NCBI GenBank assembly: GCA_035541295.1
Contig: DATKNP010000004.1
Location: 1-59,845, forward strand
Direction of reading: 5' to 3'
Source of the DNA: Minisyncoccota bacterium
GTDB lineage: Bacteria; Patescibacteriota; Minisyncoccia; Phycocordibacterales; UBA2100
Length of the DNA stretch: 59,845 nt
Shown here piece after piece: positions 54,987 to 59,845 of this stretch. A program made the position numbers and the translations under genes. The first letter of the stretch is position 1. Each line of letters opens with the position of its first letter. Below the pieces are notes generated by a model. The model ran no database searches. It had not been told where the DNA came from and saw only the letters and a program-made list of their open reading frames with translations.

Positions 54987-55210
54987 ATTCAAAAGGCTGC
55001 CTGGGGATAACACATCCGGACTATAGTACCTAATCCGTTATATCGTCTCTCCGATACACGCATATCGGATTCCGAGATATCCATATATATCAATGAAATC
55101 TCGGCATTAGGAATTCTAGGCATTCTAACAATCCTTCAAGTACTTCTGAGGTCATCGCAGACCTACAGGGTACCGCTTGGAAAGATGTTTGAATTTGTTA
55201 CAGTATCAAA

Positions 55211-56662
55211 ATGACAGATGAGTATGAGACTACAATAGGCCTTGAGGTGCATGCAGAGCTGAAGACCAAGACAAAGATGTTTTGCTCGTCTAAGAACGAT
55301 CCAGATGAGACGAGGCCGAATATGAATATCTGTCCGGTTTGTCTTGCACACCCTGGGACGCTGCCGGTGCCCAACTGCGAGGCACTAGAGCTTGTTTTGA
55401 AGGTTGGTGCCTCTCTCGGCAGCACACTGGCCGATTACACGGAATTTGACCGTAAGAATTACTTTTATCCAGACCTTCCCAAGGGCTATCAAATAAGTCA
55501 ATTCGAATTTCCATTAGTCGCCGGCGGAAGCCTTAATGGCGTTGAGATCACACGCATACATCTCGAAGAAGACACCGCAAGCTCAATACACGATGACAAT
55601 ACTGGTACGACCCTTATCGATTACAACAGGTCAGGCGTGCCTTTGATGGAGCTTGTGACTGAGCCCGTCATGCACAGCGCCCAAGAGGCGGGGGACTTTG
55701 CGCGAGAGCTGCAGGTTCTGCTACGGACGCTTGGTGTCAGCGAGGCCAATATGGAGAAGGGTCAGATGCGCGTAGAGGCCAATGTTTCAGTTGCCAAGAA
55801 GGGGACTCGGAGTGCTGCATACGTCGAGATCAAGAATCTCAACTCCTTCAGAGCAATGGAGCGTGCTGTCGCCTATGAGATTAAGCGTCAGCAGGGAATG
55901 CTTGATCGTGGCGAGATCCTTACCAAGCAGACGCTCGGATGGGATGAGGCAAAGCAGGAGACGTTCCCACAGCGAAGCAAAGAAGGCAGTGCAGACTACC
56001 GTTACTTCCCAGACCCCGATATTCCATCACTTCGTCTTTCCGAGATACCATATTACAAGCCATCTCGGATACAATCGAGTTTGCCAGAGCTACCAAACCA
56101 GAAGCGCGTACGATACGAAAGTCTCGGTATTAATCCAGAAGATGCTCAAATGTACGTGAATCAAAAAATACTCGGCTCATTCTTTGAGGAGGTTATCGCG
56201 AACGAGACTGATAGCACGAAGATCAAACTTGCCTCCAACTATATCGCCAATGATCTGGTGAAAATAATCCGAGATTCTTCCAGCCGAGATACGGAATCAA
56301 AGGAAATAATTGAAATATCGGTACCAATTTCGGCAGATTATTTCAGATCAATAATCGATCTCATTGCGAGCAATAAAATATCTTCCCGTTCAGGCAAAGA
56401 TCTCTTGAGGCTTACGATCGAGGAGAACCGACAACCTGAAGAGCTGGCGAAAGAGAGAGGCCTTATGATGCAAAACTCGGCTTTCGACCTCGACGCATTG
56501 ATTGCAAAGATAGTAGCTGATAATCCGAAGGTTGTGGGAGAATACAAATCTGGTAAAGATTCGGTCCTTGAATTCCTTGTTGGGCAGGGCATGAAGGCAT
56601 TGCGAGGATCAGGTGACCCACAAGCCTTGCGCAAAGCTTTTCTTAGCAATCTGAAGCATTAG
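55211..56662 (+). CDS. gatB: Asp-tRNA(Asn)/Glu-tRNA(Gln) amidotransferase subunit B
   Basis: 483 aa. IGLEVHAELKTKTKMFC, CPVCLAHPGTLP, and a C-terminal YqeY-like tail. No gatA or gatC adjacent. Confidence 0.95.
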   Translation: MTDEYETTIGLEVHAELKTKTKMFCSSKNDPDETRPNMNICPVCLAHPGTLPVPNCEALELVLKVGASLGSTLADYTEFDRKNYFYPDLPKGYQISQFEFPLVAGGSLNGVEITRIHLEEDTASSIHDDNTGTTLIDYNRSGVPLMELVTEPVMHSAQEAGDFARELQVLLRTLGVSEANMEKGQMRVEANVSVAKKGTRSAAYVEIKNLNSFRAMERAVAYEIKRQQGMLDRGEILTKQTLGWDEAKQETFPQRSKEGSADYRYFPDPDIPSLRLSEIPYYKPSRIQSSLPELPNQKRVRYESLGINPEDAQMYVNQKILGSFFEEVIANETDSTKIKLASNYIANDLVKIIRDSSSRDTESKEIIEISVPISADYFRSIIDLIASNKISSRSGKDLLRLTIEENRQPEELAKERGLMMQNSAFDLDALIAKIVADNPKVVGEYKSGKDSVLEFLVGQGMKALRGSGDPQALRKAFLSNLKH

Positions 56663-56756
56663 AATCAATTCCCGAATCTTCTGACCTTAAGGACGTTCTT
56701 ATTGTGCACCATTGAGGCGAGCACACTCGAACAGTATCGAGTATACTCTACCTTAT

Positions 56757-57704
56757 ATGGTTGAAGAGATACCAGTAGGCGATAGTACATATGTCTCGTC
56801 TAAGCGAGCATCAGAAATAAGCGCATATGCACAAGATTACATCGGCCAGCTTGCTCGGGCGGGTCACATTGCGGCGAAAAGAGTCGGAGGACTCTGGTAT
56901 ATCGACATGAATTCTTTGGAAGCTTACAGATCAAATCCGATCGCAAACCAAAGAGACCATAGGTCTAAAGAAAATGGCTATCAAGAGGACCAAGATACAG
57001 AAGCACTCGTATCATTCGATGGAAAAAACTATATCTCGGCTAGTCGAGCATCGAAATTGACAGGTTATAACCAAGATTATGTCGGCCAACTAGCACGATC
57101 GGGCAAATTACTCGCAAAGCAAGTCGGCAGCCGTTGGTACGTGGAACGAGATGGTTTACTGGCTCATAAAAAAGAAAAAGACTCCTTATTAGCAGCAGTG
57201 CAGGCGGATGCCGTCGGGATTGGGCTATATTCGCCTACACCAGTTCTTACTGATGATCATCTTGACATTCAGGAAATGCCGTTACTCCAATACTCCCCCG
57301 AATCAAGAGACTTAAGACCGATTTTGCGTTCTAAAGATACTCACGATATAGAAATAAAGAGACAATCTAACGAATATAGCCAGAAGGGACAAAATTCAGA
57401 GACATTTGAAGATATCGGAAGCAAGAAAAGTATTAAAATAGGATCACAAGACGACAAAAAAACACCTCCAGAGAACTTCAAAAACAATACGAAGAAAGAA
57501 TCTCAAAAGAATCTCATTTATCTCGCTTTTGGGGGATTCCTGTTGTTATTAATGGGATTGGTTCTCGTTTTAATTTTAAAATTGAAGACTCCTTCGGAAA
57601 AAAATTCGAATATAGTAATTATCGCAAGCGAGAATGCATTAAATCAGCTGACAAGATCCTTTGAAGACACATTTTCACCTGAACTCCAATATAAAAGAGA
57701 TTGA
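56757..57704 (+). CDS. Membrane protein with two tandem N-terminal HTH-like (excisionase/MerR-type) domains, a low-complexity linker and a C-proximal TM helix
   Basis: The start was moved to ATG 56757. Repeats YVSSKRASEISAYAQDYIGQLARAGHIAAKRVGGLWYI and YISASRASKLTGYNQDYVGQLARSGKLLAKQVGSRWYV. TM LIYLAFGGFLLLLMGLVLVLIL. Confidence 0.55.
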   Translation: MVEEIPVGDSTYVSSKRASEISAYAQDYIGQLARAGHIAAKRVGGLWYIDMNSLEAYRSNPIANQRDHRSKENGYQEDQDTEALVSFDGKNYISASRASKLTGYNQDYVGQLARSGKLLAKQVGSRWYVERDGLLAHKKEKDSLLAAVQADAVGIGLYSPTPVLTDDHLDIQEMPLLQYSPESRDLRPILRSKDTHDIEIKRQSNEYSQKGQNSETFEDIGSKKSIKIGSQDDKKTPPENFKNNTKKESQKNLIYLAFGGFLLLLMGLVLVLILKLKTPSEKNSNIVIIASENALNQLTRSFEDTFSPELQYKRD

Positions 57705-57863
57705 TTTACTCGCCATGAAAGAATATCTAATAAAATATAGTAATTTCGTTTATACGGACGAGTAAATAAATGTAGAATAGGATTGATAATTATTACTCGT
57801 GTAGACGAGATCCTATCTCCACGAAGCATAGATGCACTATAAAGTAGGGCATCTCGAGTAATA
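57704..57863. promoter_or_regulatory. Array of two 9-bp inverted-repeat pairs sharing the half-site TTACTCG/CGAGTAA
   Basis: ATTTACTCG 57704-57712 / CGAGTAAAT 57759-57767, and TATTACTCG 57791-57799 / CGAGTAATA 57855-57863. A related palindrome, GAGTATACTC, lies at 56739-56748. Confidence 0.5.
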
Positions 57864-58078
57864 TCTTTTCGAGACCCATTCACAATAGGATAAGTTTCAG
57901 TTTAAATTGAACTCAAAATTTTAAAAATCTCTATTATTTCTCGACCCACATCATTCCGAGTCGTAATAAAAAACAAATTAAGTGTAAGAAATTCTTATCC
58001 CCAGATTTCCAAGAAGATAAAATTATATAAACGAATTATCTAGTAATATATTAATGATATCGTGTTGCCGACCTGCTC

Positions 58079-59845
58079 ATGAGTGACGATTTATATTTTG
58101 AAGGACTTAAATATATTTCCGCAAACGAAGCGGCAACCTCTTCGGGGTTTACACGTGATTATATTGGAAGACTTTGTCGCGCCGGAAGAATTCGTGGAAA
58201 AAGAATTGGTAAAAATTGGTATGTCGATAATACATCGCTGCAATCTTTTTTGATCTCACAAGAATATCTACGAGGCAAGCGTCGTGAATCATTGGTACAA
58301 GAACGAACATCCGAATATCAACAAGCTCAAGCAAATGGAGTTATAGCTCGTAGCATTCAACCAGTAGCTAAAGCTTCTTGGGGACCAAGCTATAAAGCCC
58401 CGAACCCGCATAATTTTTCAGGGATTGATATCAAAGCTGCTCATAACTACGAGTTTTTTAATAAGAGTACAAAATCGCACGAGAAAATTTCCGCCGGATT
58501 GGACTCCCTATTAAAAATTCCGGCAGGTGTCGGGCATGCGGCGCTGCAGGTTAGCCATATACCTGTGTCGAATGCACTTCCGTTTATAGATATTGTACAT
58601 AAAATGACGGCGCTGCTTGCGATTTCGATCATTGCATTTGGGGCATATGCCATGGTGAATCCTCAGGGAGCGTCACTGGTGCTGAATAATGTTCAGAAGG
58701 ATATCGCTCGTACAATGGGTATAGAAGCTACTCCCGTTGCCGATGATTCATCGGGTAGGTTACTTGCCGCTGTTGCCAGTCCCACGAATCCGATCTCATC
58801 CATTGAACAAGTGTTCGAGGGGATTGCTCGTTCCATCAACACGAATGCCAATGCATTTCTGTATGCTGTCATCCCTGGCATGATGCCTCAAGATAGTGTG
58901 AGTGCAGGACGTGGCACAATCGCATTAACTGTAACGTCCTATGATCCTGTTACTCAGCACGATACTAGTAGCGGGACCTCATTGGCGCAGTCCAACACGC
59001 AGCCAATTCCACAAGCAAGCACGACGCTCGTTACAGCTTCAATCCCCATCCCGACAACGAGTCCCGTACATACGAATCCCTCACCTGCGACAGTCGTTAC
59101 CAACACACTGCCAGTTGTGGTTCGTACTATTGAGACGGAGCGTATTGTGAATGAGGGAGGTGTCTCTGAGAATGAACTCACAGAACGTTTACAAGAACTG
59201 AACAATTCTCTGACGGCAAGCATCTACAGACTTTCAGGTGCGAATACTCAAGTGATCGGTCAGAACTATAATGTCACTGCACAAACGAATGCGATCGATC
59301 AGCTTACTGGTACGGCGATCTCAAATCCTACGATAACTGGTGGATCAATATCAAATACATCTATCGCTGCATCGGACTTGTCAGTCTCGGGGAATGCCAC
59401 GTTCGCTTCCATTGTTGCTGGCACTTCGACATTCACGGGGCTCTCACTCACCTCAACCAACTGTTCAGGACTAGGCAACGGTGGCAAGCTTACGACAGAT
59501 GCATCGGGGAATATTATATGTGGTGCCGACCAAGGGGGTGCAGGCAGCACAGTCGCTGGAACAAACGGACAAGTCCAGTTCAATGCTTTTGGTGGTTTTG
59601 GTGCAAGTTCTAATTTTTCTTACTCTACAACTACCAACACACTCACATCCGTCAATGCATCGACGACGAATGTATCAATCTCAGGGACGGCGTATCTCGG
59701 TACTGGCACCACGACCGCGAGTAACGGATTCAATATCAACACCGGGTGCTTCGCCGTGAATGGTACCTGTATCACCGGAAGTGGTGGCGGCACTTGGGGC
59801 AGCATCACGGGCACGCTCTCGAATCAAACCGATCTCCAGAATGCA
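58079..59845 (+). CDS. Large surface protein, 3'-truncated by the window end: N-terminal HTH-like domain, one TM helix, extracellular Thr/Ser/Gly/Asn-rich fibre-like region
   Basis: An open frame from ATG 58079 to the last base (589 codons, hand-translated). It is not in the ORF track because no stop lies inside the window. YISANEAATSSGFTRDYIGRLCRAGRIRGKRIGKNWYV, TM ALLAISIIAFGAYAMV, then ...GTAISNPTITGGSISNTSI...GQVQFNAFGGFGASSNFSY... Confidence 0.6.
   Translation, partial: MSDDLYFEGLKYISANEAATSSGFTRDYIGRLCRAGRIRGKRIGKNWYVDNTSLQSFLISQEYLRGKRRESLVQERTSEYQQAQANGVIARSIQPVAKASWGPSYKAPNPHNFSGIDIKAAHNYEFFNKSTKSHEKISAGLDSLLKIPAGVGHAALQVSHIPVSNALPFIDIVHKMTALLAISIIAFGAYAMVNPQGASLVLNNVQKDIARTMGIEATPVADDSSGRLLAAVASPTNPISSIEQVFEGIARSINTNANAFLYAVIPGMMPQDSVSAGRGTIALTVTSYDPVTQHDTSSGTSLAQSNTQPIPQASTTLVTASIPIPTTSPVHTNPSPATVVTNTLPVVVRTIETERIVNEGGVSENELTERLQELNNSLTASIYRLSGANTQVIGQNYNVTAQTNAIDQLTGTAISNPTITGGSISNTSIAASDLSVSGNATFASIVAGTSTFTGLSLTSTNCSGLGNGGKLTTDASGNIICGADQGGAGSTVAGTNGQVQFNAFGGFGASSNFSYSTTTNTLTSVNASTTNVSISGTAYLGTGTTTASNGFNINTGCFAVNGTCITGSGGGTWGSITGTLSNQTDLQNA

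Overview
This is a 59.8-kb chromosomal segment that is about 90% coding and uses the standard genetic code: TGA, TAA and TAG all terminate recognisable conserved genes. No CRISPR array, transposase, integrase or IS end was seen. The organism looks like a small-genome, deep-branching bacterium (Patescibacteria/CPR-like). That is inference only, from a divergent 16S fragment, a 16S not followed by 23S, weak Shine-Dalgarno usage, and many small hypothetical or low-complexity proteins.

Layout:
1. 1-1490: the 3' part of 16S rRNA, a 650-nt spacer, and tRNA-Ile(GAU).
2. 1.6-14.9 kb: a housekeeping block with pilM-like, GT4, murA, tRNA-Leu(CAG), an MscS-like channel, nrdB-nrdA, murD, murC, an A+T-richer NYN-domain gene sitting between a 5' stub of rsmI and a full rsmI, and a 59-nt perfect palindrome inserted in frame in rsmI.
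3. 15.0-18.2 kb: a compact four-gene module of a 2-TM peptide, a coiled-coil protein, a soluble VirD4/TraD-like P-loop ATPase and a surface-anchored lamin-tail-domain protein.
4. 18.2-51.3 kb: a glycan-biosynthesis island of about 33 kb. It holds at least 9 glycosyltransferases, 5 methyltransferases, rfbBACD, a RfbH/ColD-type 3-dehydratase, sugar C- and O-methyltransferases, a NeuB/NeuA/KdsC-type nonulosonic-acid module, a DMT permease, an MsbA-like ABC exporter, a CE4 deacetylase, a cytidylyltransferase-cupin fusion and a Wzy_C+TPR protein.
5. 51.3-52.5 kb: an unusually long non-coding stretch with several hairpins and a 17-codon poly-basic mini-ORF.
6. secA and gatB.
7. 56.7-59.8 kb: an A+T-richer segment with two membrane proteins sharing an N-terminal HTH-like domain, separated by a spacer full of CGAGTA/TACTCG inverted repeats.

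The most interesting candidates are the ATPase/LTD module, the rsmI stub plus NYN insertion, the in-frame palindrome, the non-canonical 16S 3' tail, and the membrane-tethered HTH pair with its repeat array. All functional calls rest on motif recognition by eye. No database search was possible.
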